The notes under the pieces were generated by a model. It saw only the letters and a list, made by a program, of their open reading frames with translations. It searched no databases and was not told where the DNA came from. Shown one piece after another: positions 1 to 11,233 of a stretch of DNA of 30,764 bases (position 1 is the stretch's first letter; every line of letters starts with the position of its first letter). The stretch lies in the IMG/VR virus record IMGVR_UViG_3300017780_001837, positions 1 through 30,764 of that record; one strand, written 5' to 3'. The translations under genes and the position numbers were made by a program. The DNA is from a virus. Taxonomy: Duplodnaviria; Caudoviricetes.

Positions 1-7
1 ATGCGAC

Positions 8-988
8 ATGGCCCTTTACATTCAATCCGCTAACGCTCTTGTTAGCCGTGTAGCCCAATGGGTGGGGGCCATTCCCAGCACAATCGGCATCAACGCAACA
101 GCATACAACTCCACCACCAAAGTTATTACCTGCTCTGCAAACCCAACTGCCCTTGTTTTGATTGGTGATTTTATTGGGCCCAACATCATGGGTCCTTTTG
201 CTTCTGTCATGGCAGTATCGTCTACCACCATCACCGTTGATGACCCAGATGGCACATGGACAGGCTTAACCTTGCCGACAACCATCCTAAAGCTGCCAAC
301 CGCATCGTCTTTGGAAATTCAGTCCTGCATTCAGATGGCTGAACTAAAGATGCGAACAATTGAGCTTCCTGCTCTGCGTTCGAACCCCTACGATGCAACC
401 CCTACCGTTCTGGTAACAAACGCACAAGGCATGGCTCCAATCCCTGCTGACATGTGCTTCCCAATTCTGTTCTTCCAAGAAAGTCAACCTACTGACCAGC
501 CCCCAGGTGGAACCAACTTGGGTCCTTGGATTGTGTATGACAGGGTTGGTGACCGAGAGATCATTCGTAGACGGATGATTGACCAGTTGTACATCCGTCC
601 ATTTGGTGTTCCACGGGTTATTCGGGCCTCTTTCTCTGAAGTCGGTCCTAACTATGTGTTTACCCCAAACCCCGGTGAGAACGTCATTATCAAGGCGTAC
701 TACCAAAAGACATTCCCATTCCTGTTTAGCCCAACAGCAGATGTTGTCTATCCTATTGTTCAAAACAATGGGATTCTGGCTTCATTTCCTGAGGGTTATC
801 TGTACGGTACTTTGTGGGCTTACTACGACAAGAATAAAAACATCGAAGAAGCCCAGAAATGGATTGGTCGCTTTGACGATGCCTATGGTCTAATTGAAGA
901 TCAAAACTACAAAGGAAAATGGCGTGGTGGTGATCAACACCTCACTTCTGAATTCCAGCCTCGAACCTACCGATATTCATTTAAGTGA
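8..988 (+). CDS. Head-tail adaptor / connector protein (podovirus type)
   Basis: C-terminal 'ILASFPEGYLYGTLWAYY...AQKW..RF' resembles the NxLLxxxPDxYLYGxL signature of podoviral adaptors. Lies upstream of fibre and nozzle genes. Confidence 0.6.
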   Translation: MALYIQSANALVSRVAQWVGAIPSTIGINATAYNSTTKVITCSANPTALVLIGDFIGPNIMGPFASVMAVSSTTITVDDPDGTWTGLTLPTTILKLPTASSLEIQSCIQMAELKMRTIELPALRSNPYDATPTVLVTNAQGMAPIPADMCFPILFFQESQPTDQPPGGTNLGPWIVYDRVGDREIIRRRMIDQLYIRPFGVPRVIRASFSEVGPNYVFTPNPGENVIIKAYYQKTFPFLFSPTADVVYPIVQNNGILASFPEGYLYGTLWAYYDKNKNIEEAQKWIGRFDDAYGLIEDQNYKGKWRGGDQHLTSEFQPRTYRYSFK

Positions 989-996
989 GGTAAAAG

Positions 997-2043
<1,047 letters not shown>

Positions 2044-2045
2044 AA

Positions 2046-3899
2046 ATGGCAATTCAAATTCAATATCGTCGTGGTTCTGCTGCTGATTGGACGACAACCA
2101 ATCCAATCTTGGCTATTGGTGAGCCAGGGTACGAAACAGACACTGGTAGATTCAAAGTGGGTAACGGTTCTACCGCTTGGACAGGATTGCCATACTCTTC
2201 TGGCATTCAAGGTCCAACAGGTCCTACGGGGGCTGTAGGACCAACTGGCCCAACAGGTATTCAGGGCATTCAGGGCATTCAAGGCCCCACAGGTCCTACA
2301 GGCCCACTAGGCCCAACAGGTCCTCAAGGCATTCAGGGTATTCAAGGTATCCAAGGTGTTGCTGGTCCTACAGGTCCAACGGGATCTATTGGCAACACAG
2401 GACCAACAGGTCCTACTGGTGCAACTCCTGCTATTGGTGGCACAAACACCCAAGTCCAGTTCAACAACGCAGGTGTGTTTGGCGGCTCTTCAAACCTGAC
2501 ATTCAACGGCACAATTCTTACTGCTGCTGGCTTTGCTGGCCCACTAAACGGGACTGTGGGCGCTACAACGGCCTCTACGGGTGCGTTCACATCCCTGACC
2601 GACTCAGGCAACCTGACATTCACAGGTACTGGCAACCGCATCACTGGCGACTTTAGCAATGCAACTATTGCAAACCGAGTGGCGTTTCAGACAGGTACGG
2701 TAAATGGTGCAACTAGGCTTTCACTGATCCCGAATGGAACATCAACAACAGCTAGTTTGTCTTTATTTAACAACAGTGACCCTGCTAACTCAAGTAATGT
2801 TGCACTTGCTGTAAGCTCAACAGAAGCTCAAATTACTTCAAGTCTCGCAGGCACTGGCACTTACCTGCCCATGACCTTCTTCACAGGAGGCAGTGAGCGA
2901 GTCAGGATTGATACGTCTGGCAACGTAGGGATTGGGACAACTTCGCCAGCAGGAAAGTTGCACGTTAACGGTGGAACATTTGACTCTTTAACTATAACTG
3001 GCAACAGCGCTAACTCCGTTGGTATGCGGTTTCAAAACACTGCTGCAAGCTCAAAAAACTATAACATTGGCTCAAGTGGTGGAGGTGTTGGCGCTGCTGG
3101 TTCATTCTTTATTTACGATGACACCGCAGCAGCAGCACGGCTGGTCATTGACACCTCCGGCAACGTAGGGATTGGGACGAGTACGCCAGCAGAAAAACTT
3201 GATGTTGTGGGAAATACCAGAACGGCAGTTGCTACATCAGCAGACGTTTATTTTAAAGCACAGAACTCAGCAGGCTCTTTGTTTTTGTTGCAGAAATCAT
3301 CCAGTGCTGCAATTTATACGCCGACTTCTCAACCTTTGATTTTTGACATTGCTGGCGAACGCGCCCGTATCGACTCCAGCGGGAATTTGCTGGTGGGGAC
3401 TACGAGTCAGGTCAGCGGCTCTGGCGCAAAACAAACAATTCGTTGGGATAGCTCTTCAGTGCAGGGCATAACGCTACAAACATCTTCTGCCACTTTTGCG
3501 GGCAACGCAATTAAGTTTGTAAATTCTTCAGGTGGTGAAAGTGGATACATAGCTCAAGCGGCAAGTTCTGTTAATTACTCAACATCTTCTGACTACAGGT
3601 TAAAAGAAAACATTGAGCCAATGATGGGTGCTTTGGCAAAAATTGCCCAACTCAAGCCGTGCACATATAAATGGAAAGTGGATGGCTTGGCTGGACAGGG
3701 TTTTATTGCTCACGAACTGCAAGAAGTCGTACCTGAGTGCGTTACAGGTGAGAAGGATGCTGTAGACGCTGAAGGCAATCCGCAGTACCAAGGCATTGAC
3801 ACATCATTCCTTGTGGCAACCCTGACAGCAGCCATCCAAGAACAGCAAGCCATCATCACAGCCCTGACTGCCCGTGTCGCAGCCCTCGAATCTAACTAA
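2046..3899 (+). CDS. Tail fibre: Mtd_N-like N-terminus, collagen segment, GNVGIGT beta-repeats and C-terminal peptidase S74 intramolecular chaperone
   Basis: N-terminal '[11 protein letters not shown]...[26 protein letters not shown]'; GPT repeats; three 'ID(T/S)SGN(V/L)(G/L)(I/V)GT' repeats; 'SDYRLKENI' autocleavage motif, '[13 protein letters not shown]' and a terminal coiled coil. Start moved to the ATG at 2046. Confidence 0.88.
   Translation: MAIQIQYRRGSAADWTTTNPILAIGEPGYETDTGRFKVGNGSTAWTGLPYSSGIQGPTGPTGAVGPTGPTGIQGIQGIQGPTGPTGPLGPTGPQGIQGIQGIQGVAGPTGPTGSIGNTGPTGPTGATPAIGGTNTQVQFNNAGVFGGSSNLTFNGTILTAAGFAGPLNGTVGATTASTGAFTSLTDSGNLTFTGTGNRITGDFSNATIANRVAFQTGTVNGATRLSLIPNGTSTTASLSLFNNSDPANSSNVALAVSSTEAQITSSLAGTGTYLPMTFFTGGSERVRIDTSGNVGIGTTSPAGKLHVNGGTFDSLTITGNSANSVGMRFQNTAASSKNYNIGSSGGGVGAAGSFFIYDDTAAAARLVIDTSGNVGIGTSTPAEKLDVVGNTRTAVATSADVYFKAQNSAGSLFLLQKSSSAAIYTPTSQPLIFDIAGERARIDSSGNLLVGTTSQVSGSGAKQTIRWDSSSVQGITLQTSSATFAGNAIKFVNSSGGESGYIAQAASSVNYSTSSDYRLKENIEPMMGALAKIAQLKPCTYKWKVDGLAGQGFIAHELQEVVPECVTGEKDAVDAEGNPQYQGIDTSFLVATLTAAIQEQQAIITALTARVAALESN
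2919..3178 (+). repeat. Identical 20-bp direct repeat GGCAACGTAGGGATTGGGAC at 2919-2938 and 3159-3178
   Basis: Read directly. The copies are 240 bp apart, in frame, and lie within the GNVGIGT motifs. Confidence 0.9.
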
Positions 3900-3908
3900 G
3901 GAACCACC

Positions 3909-4211
3909 ATGACAACCTACCTCTGGACAATTCAACAAATGGATCGCTTAACCTCTGATGGGTTCGTGGTCACAGTGCATTACAACGTATCTGCCACCGA
4001 TGGTACATACAACGCATCCACCTACGGCACTGTGGGCTATCAAGAACAGCCCGGTGAGACATACATCCCTTACGACCAATTGACCGAAGCACAGGTGGTT
4101 GGTTGGGTGCAGACAAGCCTTGGCAAAGACGATGTTGAAGCCAGCTTGCAAAGCCAAATTGACGCACAGATTAACCCCGTGCAGCAATCAGGCACACCTT
4201 GGAGCGCATAA
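3909..4211 (+). CDS. Small fibre-associated phage protein
   Basis: 'W.I.QMDR...DGFV..VHY...IPY..LTE.QV.GWV...LG' is a pattern typical of small genes that follow S74 fibres in aquatic phages. AAGGA RBS. Confidence 0.55.
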   Translation: MTTYLWTIQQMDRLTSDGFVVTVHYNVSATDGTYNASTYGTVGYQEQPGETYIPYDQLTEAQVVGWVQTSLGKDDVEASLQSQIDAQINPVQQSGTPWSA

Positions 4212-4805
4212 ATGAAATTACTTGTCACCACCCTTGCAGTGCTGTCCCTGACAGGCTGCGCCACTGGACAGTACCAAGCCTACGCTGATGCCCACAAGGC
4301 CCAAGCAGCAGCCCAAACAGCCCGTTACCAAGCCCTTGCCGACATTGCCAAGATGGGTGACACCACTGCCAAGGTCGCAGCGGTCATGTCCCTGCAAATG
4401 GGCAGTCAACAGAACACGCAGATCAATGCTCCAAAGTCATGGGCAGACTATGCCTTGCAGTGGACAGGTCTGCTACTGCCAACTTTTGGGCAGGTGTACA
4501 CCATCAACAAACAAACCAGCTTGGGGCTGCGTCAGTCTGACAATGCCACAGCATTGGGTGTCAGTACCAATAGTGCCTTTGTCGGCATTGCATCTCAGAT
4601 CCAAGCACCAGCAGCCAACGTCACTTTGAGTGGCACAGGCGTGATCGGTGCAGGTACTTATTCGATTGGAGCAAACAGTGGTCAAAACTCTGGCAACAGT
4701 GGTCGCTTGGCTGGTGGCGCTATTACTGACAATACGGCTGTACCAACTGTGGTGACAAGTACGAATACCACAACGACTAACACCACTACATCTGTAGCAC
4801 CTTAA
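4212..4805 (+). CDS. Lipoprotein of unknown function
   Basis: Signal peptide MKLLVTTLAVLSLTG-C with lipobox LTGC, followed by an Ala/Gln-rich helix and a Thr-rich tail. Confidence 0.7.
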   Translation: MKLLVTTLAVLSLTGCATGQYQAYADAHKAQAAAQTARYQALADIAKMGDTTAKVAAVMSLQMGSQQNTQINAPKSWADYALQWTGLLLPTFGQVYTINKQTSLGLRQSDNATALGVSTNSAFVGIASQIQAPAANVTLSGTGVIGAGTYSIGANSGQNSGNSGRLAGGAITDNTAVPTVVTSTNTTTTNTTTSVAP

Positions 4806-4830
4806 AACATTGAAATGTATAGGAATTGAA

Positions 4831-5907
4831 ATGACCAGAAAACTCAAGATAGCAATATCTGCAATTAGCAAAAACGAAGAAGCTTTTGTCCAGCGGTTTT
4901 GCGACTCAGCAAAAGACGCAGACTTAATTTGCATTGCAGATACTGGCTCAACTGACAACACGGTTCAACTTGCATTGGAGTGTGGCGCAAAAGTGTATGA
5001 CATTTGCATCAGCCCTTGGCGGTTTGATTTGGCTCGAAATGCTGCCATTGCACTGCTCCCAAAAGACATTGATATTGTCATTAGTCTTGATCTGGATGAG
5101 GTCTTGGAGCCAGGGTGGCGTGAGGAAATTGAGCGAGTATGGGTTGAAGGCACAACTAGACTGCGCTACAAATTCGATTGGGGCTGTGGAATCAGTTTCT
5201 TTTACGAGAAGATTTTTGCTCGTCATGGCTATAGGTTTTGGCATCCAGTTCATGAATATCCTAAGCCTGATGGCAGGATTACAGAAGTCTATGCCCATAC
5301 CGACATGCTGTTGGTAAGCCATCACCCTGATCCAACCAAGTCTCGTGGTCAGTACATGCCACTGCTAGAGTTGGCAATCAAGGAAGATCCATTCTGTCCT
5401 CGTAATGCTTTCTACCATGCTCGTGAACTAACCTTCTACGACCGATGGGAAGAGGCCATACAGGCACTGAATCGTTATCTGGCTATGCCTGAGGCTACTT
5501 GGGCTAATGAACGCTGCTATGCCATGCGATTGCTTGGCAAGTCACATGATGAACTGGGTCACTGGCACGATGCCCTAAAGTGGTACAGATTGGCTTGTGC
5601 TGAAGCACCTGGAACCCGTGAGCCTTGGGTTGATCTGGCTATGTTTGCTTACAGGTCAAGCATGTGGATTGATGGTTATTCAGCGGCTAAGAATGCCTTG
5701 CTGATAACTGACAAGGCCCTTGTGTATACGATGGACCCAAGTGTCTGGACTGAGAAACCTTTGGACTTGGCTTCTATCTGTGCTTGGCATCTTGGGCACA
5801 AGGACGAAGCAATTGAATTCTGCAAAAAAGCTTTAGAATTCAACCCAACTGATTCCCGTCTTATCAGAAACTTAGAACAAATGACGGAACCAACAATGGT
5901 GGATTAA
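4831..5907 (+). CDS. GT2 (GT-A) glycosyltransferase with C-terminal TPR repeats
   Basis: 'ISKNEE', 'IADTGSTD.T', 'RFDLARNAA', DxD 'LDLDE' and 'PVHE' motifs, then TPR-like helices. ATG at 4831 with AGGA RBS. Confidence 0.88.
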   Translation: MTRKLKIAISAISKNEEAFVQRFCDSAKDADLICIADTGSTDNTVQLALECGAKVYDICISPWRFDLARNAAIALLPKDIDIVISLDLDEVLEPGWREEIERVWVEGTTRLRYKFDWGCGISFFYEKIFARHGYRFWHPVHEYPKPDGRITEVYAHTDMLLVSHHPDPTKSRGQYMPLLELAIKEDPFCPRNAFYHARELTFYDRWEEAIQALNRYLAMPEATWANERCYAMRLLGKSHDELGHWHDALKWYRLACAEAPGTREPWVDLAMFAYRSSMWIDGYSAAKNALLITDKALVYTMDPSVWTEKPLDLASICAWHLGHKDEAIEFCKKALEFNPTDSRLIRNLEQMTEPTMVD

Positions 5908-5908
5908 C

Positions 5909-7522
5909 ATGAGCGATTACACCCGTCTGAGAACCCCATTTACTAACATGTCCTTCACACCGGATGTGCCTAGTAATGCTTTGGGTCCAAATGAATATAA
6001 CAATGGACGGAATGTAGAAGCTGATGTTCGTGGGATCAAAAAGATCTTTGGTGAAGAAGAGATTCTGACTGCCATTCCTGCTGATCCCATCTTTATGGAA
6101 GGTGGTTATCGCACAGAAACCCAGTGGGTATACATTGTTGCTACCAGAAACGCCTCTAACCAAGGCAAGTGGTACATGCTGACCTCTGCTGGTATTAGCA
6201 ACATTACCCCTGGTGTTGGTGCTAATCCCTCTGTGTTTCTACCTGGATACACGGCTAATTTAAATATCACAACCTCATGGGTTGGTGGTGTTTTCTTTGC
6301 CAACGATACATTGACCAACCCAATGTATTTCTTGCCTACTTCCAATGAAATGACGGTTACGTCTAATGCAACGTGGAACTACGATGTTGGGGTAACAAGC
6401 ACCGTTGCTGGGTTTGTGAGAAGTTACTGCTCTCCAAACGTAGGCAACATTTTGATTGCAGGTAACCTGACCAAGGTTTCTGGTGGTATCCAAAGCAACT
6501 TCCCAACTACTGTTCGTTGGTCACAGTCTTTTGCCAATACAGGCATTCCCAATACATGGGAACCTACCTTATCCAACATTGCCAACGAGCAAGAGGTTCC
6601 AGTTCGTGGACCATTGGTTGATGGCTTCTTTTTGGGTGGCAACTTCTACGTTTGCTCCTATTGGGATACTGTTGTCTTCTCACCCATTAACTACCAAAAC
6701 TCCACTGCTCCAGTGTTTGGTTTGCGTTTGTTAAACCAAGGCAGGGGACTGCTGAACAACAATTGCTGGTCTGGTACTGACGCTAATGTTTATGGCGTAG
6801 ATTCCAGAGATATATGGGTATTTGATGGAAACTCTTTCCAATCACTTGGCAACCAAAAAGTAAAAAACTACTTCTACAGCAATATAAGCACATCATATTC
6901 TGACCGTATATTTATGGTCAACAATACTCAGAAGAACCAGATTGAGATTTATTACCCTGATCTGACTTCTACTGGTTATTGCAACAAGATGCTCTCTTGG
7001 AGATATGACATCCAAGTGTGGAATGCTCCTAAGGACATTGAAAATGCTTGCATGGGTACAGAGGGTCCTCAGTTCATTTCTGGTAGTTTCAAATTGGCTT
7101 CTCGTGTTGTTACATATGCCCGAGGTGGTGTAACTAGTCAAAGGTTGATTCAGACAAACATTGGTAATTCGTTTATCAACGCTGCTGCAATTCCTGTGTT
7201 GTTTGAGCGAAATAACGTGGTTTTGCAATCAGACAAGGGACCTATTCCATACAGTTCCAAAGTGTATATACACAGACTTCTTCCTGAGATCTCGGGTACT
7301 GGTGCTATCAACATCTCTGTTGGTGGTGCTAACTCCACTGCTCAAGCTCCTGTGTATGGTCAAACAGGGACAACATTGATCGATACAAACAGCCCTTGGG
7401 TGACAACTCAACAAAACGCTGTTCGCACTGTATCGGTTAAGGTTGAAACCAATGATGCAACCAACACTTGGAACATGACCGCCATGAACTGGCAAGCAAC
7501 TCTTGTTGAGGATGCTTTCTAA
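5909..7522 (+). CDS. Tail nozzle / packaged-DNA stabilisation protein (beta-propeller, P22 gp10-like)
   Basis: 537 aa, beta-rich, N-terminal 'TPDVPSNALGPNEY...NV' and 'VRWS' motif. Size and position match a podoviral nozzle. Confidence 0.65.
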   Translation: MSDYTRLRTPFTNMSFTPDVPSNALGPNEYNNGRNVEADVRGIKKIFGEEEILTAIPADPIFMEGGYRTETQWVYIVATRNASNQGKWYMLTSAGISNITPGVGANPSVFLPGYTANLNITTSWVGGVFFANDTLTNPMYFLPTSNEMTVTSNATWNYDVGVTSTVAGFVRSYCSPNVGNILIAGNLTKVSGGIQSNFPTTVRWSQSFANTGIPNTWEPTLSNIANEQEVPVRGPLVDGFFLGGNFYVCSYWDTVVFSPINYQNSTAPVFGLRLLNQGRGLLNNNCWSGTDANVYGVDSRDIWVFDGNSFQSLGNQKVKNYFYSNISTSYSDRIFMVNNTQKNQIEIYYPDLTSTGYCNKMLSWRYDIQVWNAPKDIENACMGTEGPQFISGSFKLASRVVTYARGGVTSQRLIQTNIGNSFINAAAIPVLFERNNVVLQSDKGPIPYSSKVYIHRLLPEISGTGAINISVGGANSTAQAPVYGQTGTTLIDTNSPWVTTQQNAVRTVSVKVETNDATNTWNMTAMNWQATLVEDAF

Positions 7523-9450
7523 TGCCGTTTGCACTGGACTCCAATCCATCCAACATTGAGTTGTCGGATGCCATCAATTACCTGTTGGGTAACTTTGGCG
7601 CAAACCTGAGTGCTGACCCCAATACAGGTCTGATTACGGGCCCTACAGGTCAAACAATTGCCTACCTGTACAAGTATTTGTCTATCAAATACGCAGACAG
7701 TGCTGATGGCTCACTCAACTTTAGCAACTCACCAACTAACCGTTTGTACTACGGTGCGAGAAACAACAACAGCTCTGTTGAGTCAACAAACCCTGCTGAC
7801 TACATCTGGCTTCAAGTTGCTGGTGGTTTTAGCACTACCAAGTTCTTTTTTTACAAGGTAAGTGGTGGTCGTCAGCTTGAGATTTTTGTTGGCACTGTTG
7901 CTCCTGGTTATGGTTGGGAGCAAGATGATGGCACTGCTATTGATCTTGATGCCATCAGCGTAACCATTACTGCAACACCAACTATCTATCAGTGGACAGG
8001 ATCGTCTACTCCTCCTGCCAGACCATCGACAACAACAATCTACACTTGGGCTACAGGGACTTACACAGCACCTGCTGGCTGGGCAGTTGAAGCTCCTTCA
8101 AATACCACCCCCGGTGATTATCTTTGGGCAATTGCAATTACCATTGTTCAAACTGGCGGCATCAATACAACTGTATTGGATTGGACAAATGTTGCTTACG
8201 CTATTCGTGCTGTTGGTCTAAATGGTGAAACTGGAGCAACTGGTAATAGTGCTTTAACAGCTTATAGAGTTCAGGATCAGGCTTCTGCCACTCCATCCTT
8301 TACAACTCCCACATCAGGCCCTAATGCTCCTGCTGGATGGACCTTAGCAACACCAGCGGTTTCCGTTGGTCAGGTGCTTTGGTACATTCAAGGAGAATAC
8401 AACGGGTCAGGAACATTGACCATCAACGGTGTAGCTCCCAACACTACACGTTGGACAGGTCCTATTGCTGCAAGTGTCTTCCAAGACATCAGGTCTGACA
8501 ACTGGAACGGCTCTAACCCTCCATCGTTCGGCTCTCCTGGCACTTGGGGTACTACTGGTTACTACATCTCCAGATCCACTGGTACAGCCATCCTAAACAA
8601 CCTTGGAGCCCGAGGAACAATCCAATCAGGCTCAACTCCTGCCATCAGTGGGACATCAATGACGGGTGCTGGCGCTGTGATTAACAGTAATGGCACTTTT
8701 GCTGTTGGTGACTCTGCAAACAACATTACCTACAACGGAACAACCGTAACTCTGAATGGTCAGATTGTTACTTCTGGCAATTTGAATGTTGCAAACTTAC
8801 AGGCGGTATCTGCCAGCACTGGCAACTTGACTGTTACGGGTACTTTCCAAGCCAACACTGCTGCAATTAGCGGAACCACTATGACGGGTTCTGGTGGAAT
8901 CTTGTATTCATCTGGAAACTTTGCTTTTGGAAATTCAACTGCAAATATTACATACAATGGATCAGTTGTTTCTATTAACAACTTTTTGAATGCAACAACA
9001 TCAAATACGAATAATACCAACCCAAATTTATATCCAGCAACAAATACAATTTTGACTTTTGTTCCTGTAATAAATAAATTCATGGTTGCCGGGGCAAGTA
9101 TTGCAGTAGAAGTTGGCATTCCTTTTTCTGATCCTGCTGTATCTTGTCTTGTTATTGCAAGAATTTCAATTTACGACAAATTTGGCAATCCAGATTTGGC
9201 TACTTCAAATTCTTTGTACATTGGTGGGGTCCTATTAACAGGACCAGCATCAACAAAAAGATTGTTTGGATCTGCTGCAAGTTACCATGTTTACTTTGCT
9301 TCATCAGCCACATATACACAAGGTGATGCATTTACTGTAAGAGTGGAACTTACCCCGATTTTTGTAGATGCTTCAGGTAATGGAGTAACTCCAAGCAGTC
9401 AAAGTTTTAGCTTAATAACAACTTCAATGCTTTACCAAGTAAACGTATGA
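7522..9450 (+). CDS. Tail fibre/spike (receptor-binding) protein
   Basis: 'IKYADSADG..FS.....YYG....STNPADY.W' host-specificity-type motif; Thr/Gly-rich; internal repeat of about 36 aa; divergent AT-rich C-terminus; followed by a chaperone gene. Confidence 0.65.
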   Translation: MPFALDSNPSNIELSDAINYLLGNFGANLSADPNTGLITGPTGQTIAYLYKYLSIKYADSADGSLNFSNSPTNRLYYGARNNNSSVESTNPADYIWLQVAGGFSTTKFFFYKVSGGRQLEIFVGTVAPGYGWEQDDGTAIDLDAISVTITATPTIYQWTGSSTPPARPSTTTIYTWATGTYTAPAGWAVEAPSNTTPGDYLWAIAITIVQTGGINTTVLDWTNVAYAIRAVGLNGETGATGNSALTAYRVQDQASATPSFTTPTSGPNAPAGWTLATPAVSVGQVLWYIQGEYNGSGTLTINGVAPNTTRWTGPIAASVFQDIRSDNWNGSNPPSFGSPGTWGTTGYYISRSTGTAILNNLGARGTIQSGSTPAISGTSMTGAGAVINSNGTFAVGDSANNITYNGTTVTLNGQIVTSGNLNVANLQAVSASTGNLTVTGTFQANTAAISGTTMTGSGGILYSSGNFAFGNSTANITYNGSVVSINNFLNATTSNTNNTNPNLYPATNTILTFVPVINKFMVAGASIAVEVGIPFSDPAVSCLVIARISIYDKFGNPDLATSNSLYIGGVLLTGPASTKRLFGSAASYHVYFASSATYTQGDAFTVRVELTPIFVDASGNGVTPSSQSFSLITTSMLYQVNV

Positions 9451-9911
9451 AATATTTTATTCTTTCAAATCCAAACACAAAAGAAATTGTAGTTAATGGA
9501 TCTTGCCAAGATGATAATTTGGATTGCCAAAAGCAAGACGGACTTGAATTGTTGGAAGGAAAAGGAACTTCATCAACTCATTATGTTGACAATGGGTTAA
9601 TTATTGAATATCCATTGGAAATACAAAACAAAAAATCAACACTGCAACCATTTTATTTGAAGTGGTCAAATGAAATATTTGATTGGGTTGACACAAGAAA
9701 TACTCAAGAAAAATACAATTTTGCTTGTGGTTCTGTAAAAATAAATCGCAATGATTTGTTGTATAAATCTGATTGGACTCAAATTACCAACAATCCGTTA
9801 ACGCCAGAATTGCAACAGCAATGGGCAGTTTACCGCCAACAATTAAGAGACATCACAGAACAATCTGGGTATCCTTTCAACATCATCTGGCCTACGCCAC
9901 CACAAGGATAA
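9447..9911 (+). CDS. Tail fibre assembly chaperone
   Basis: C-terminal 'RNDLLYKSDWTQ...PL....WAVYRQQLRDITEQSGYPFNIIWPTPP' is the characteristic phage tail assembly chaperone motif. Confidence 0.85.
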   Translation: MKYFILSNPNTKEIVVNGSCQDDNLDCQKQDGLELLEGKGTSSTHYVDNGLIIEYPLEIQNKKSTLQPFYLKWSNEIFDWVDTRNTQEKYNFACGSVKINRNDLLYKSDWTQITNNPLTPELQQQWAVYRQQLRDITEQSGYPFNIIWPTPPQG

Positions 9912-9914
9912 AAT

Positions 9915-10277
9915 ATGGGAATGCAATCAGCTCAGGTCCAATCAGGGACCCAACCTCAAGGCAAGGGGTTTGCACAGCCTGTAAACCCTCCTGCTCAAAG
10001 CAATATGCCTCAAGTAATGCGTCAAGATGGGCTTGATCAAAATGCCATTAACGCTGATCCAGCAGGGTTTCAGAGCTGGCAGCAAAGACGACAAGCACAG
10101 CAGACACAGCAAATGCAATCATCACAAGGCAAAGGCAGTACCACCAATGCCGCTACTTCTGGTCAACCAACCTATGGTCAACCAAACAACTATCCAAATA
10201 CTGTTGGTCAGTGGGATAATGCAAGCATTCAACGAACTAACCAGCAACCTATGGGTGGCGGGAAAGGCAAAGGCTAA
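9915..10277 (+). CDS. Gln-rich low-complexity protein, probable internal virion/ejection protein
   Basis: AAGGA RBS; Q/N/P-rich; repeated GKG motifs; lies at the start of the ejection gene cluster. Confidence 0.5.
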   Translation: MGMQSAQVQSGTQPQGKGFAQPVNPPAQSNMPQVMRQDGLDQNAINADPAGFQSWQQRRQAQQTQQMQSSQGKGSTTNAATSGQPTYGQPNNYPNTVGQWDNASIQRTNQQPMGGGKGKG

Positions 10278-10279
10278 AT

Positions 10280-11224
10280 ATGGGCGGCGGTAAAGGTAGT
10301 AGCTCCTCGGCTCCAGTAGTCACAGAAGAACAAAAAGAACTTCTAAGACAACAAACTGGTTTTCTCACAAACACAGCATTTCCTGCTTACCAAAGAACTG
10401 TTGGTATGGCAGGTGATGTATACGGCAATGTTAGCCCTGCTGTAAACACTGCTGCTCAAACGGCTATGGATGTCAGTGGACGAGCTGGCGCATTACAAGA
10501 AACTGCTGGAACTGGTGCTTTGACCACAGGCATTACTGGTCAAGGCAATCTTGCTGGTTACCAGGAAGGCGCTGGTCGTGGGCTGTTTTCTGGTGGTGCA
10601 GGTCAACTTGGCGAAGGTGCTGGTTACCAACGTGATGTTGGTAGGATTCTGGGTGCTCAAGGTGCTAGTCAACTTAATGCACTTTTTTCCCCTCAGTACA
10701 AGCAAGAGCAAATTCAAGCTTCTTTGCAACCTGCTCGAGAAGAGATCCGTGAGCAAATGGGTCAACAAGCAGCCATGTTTGGTGGTGCTGGTGGTCTAGG
10801 ATCTTCCCGTCAAGCATTGGCCTCTCGTAACCTTGCAAGCCTTGGTGAACAGCGTATGGGCTCTGTTGCTGCTCAGACATCTGCTGGTGTTGAAAGCCAA
10901 CGTCAACGTGCTGCTGAATCATTCTTGGGTGCTGGTCAAACTGCTACTGGTCAAGCACAAAGTGCTTATAGTCAATTGATGGGTGCTGGTGCTGGTGCTC
11001 TGGGTCAAGCAGGTAGTTTGTTTGGATCCCTGACAGGTGCTGGTCAATCTGGCCTGTCTGCTGCTCAACAATCGGCTGCTAGTCGTATTGGGTTTGCTGG
11101 AGCGCCACAGGATGTGTTGTCCAAATACGCATCTGTTATTTACGGTACACCACAAGCTTCTACAACGCCCAACTTTGCTGGCACACAAGGCCAGAGAACA
11201 AGCAGCAAGGGCTTTGGCTTCTAA
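10280..11224 (+). CDS. DNA ejection (pilot) protein, P22 gp7-like
   Basis: Starts MGGGKGSSS; Gly/Ala/Gln-rich helical composition; 'GGLGSSRQALA' motif common in ejection proteins. Confidence 0.65.
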   Translation: MGGGKGSSSSAPVVTEEQKELLRQQTGFLTNTAFPAYQRTVGMAGDVYGNVSPAVNTAAQTAMDVSGRAGALQETAGTGALTTGITGQGNLAGYQEGAGRGLFSGGAGQLGEGAGYQRDVGRILGAQGASQLNALFSPQYKQEQIQASLQPAREEIREQMGQQAAMFGGAGGLGSSRQALASRNLASLGEQRMGSVAAQTSAGVESQRQRAAESFLGAGQTATGQAQSAYSQLMGAGAGALGQAGSLFGSLTGAGQSGLSAAQQSAASRIGFAGAPQDVLSKYASVIYGTPQASTTPNFAGTQGQRTSSKGFGF

Positions 11225-11233
11225 GGAACAATC

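Noticed and set aside
2046-3899. Diversity-generating retroelement suggested by the Mtd_N-like domain
   Set aside because: No reverse transcriptase, no TR/VR pair differing at adenines, and the C-terminus is an S74 chaperone rather than a C-type lectin fold.
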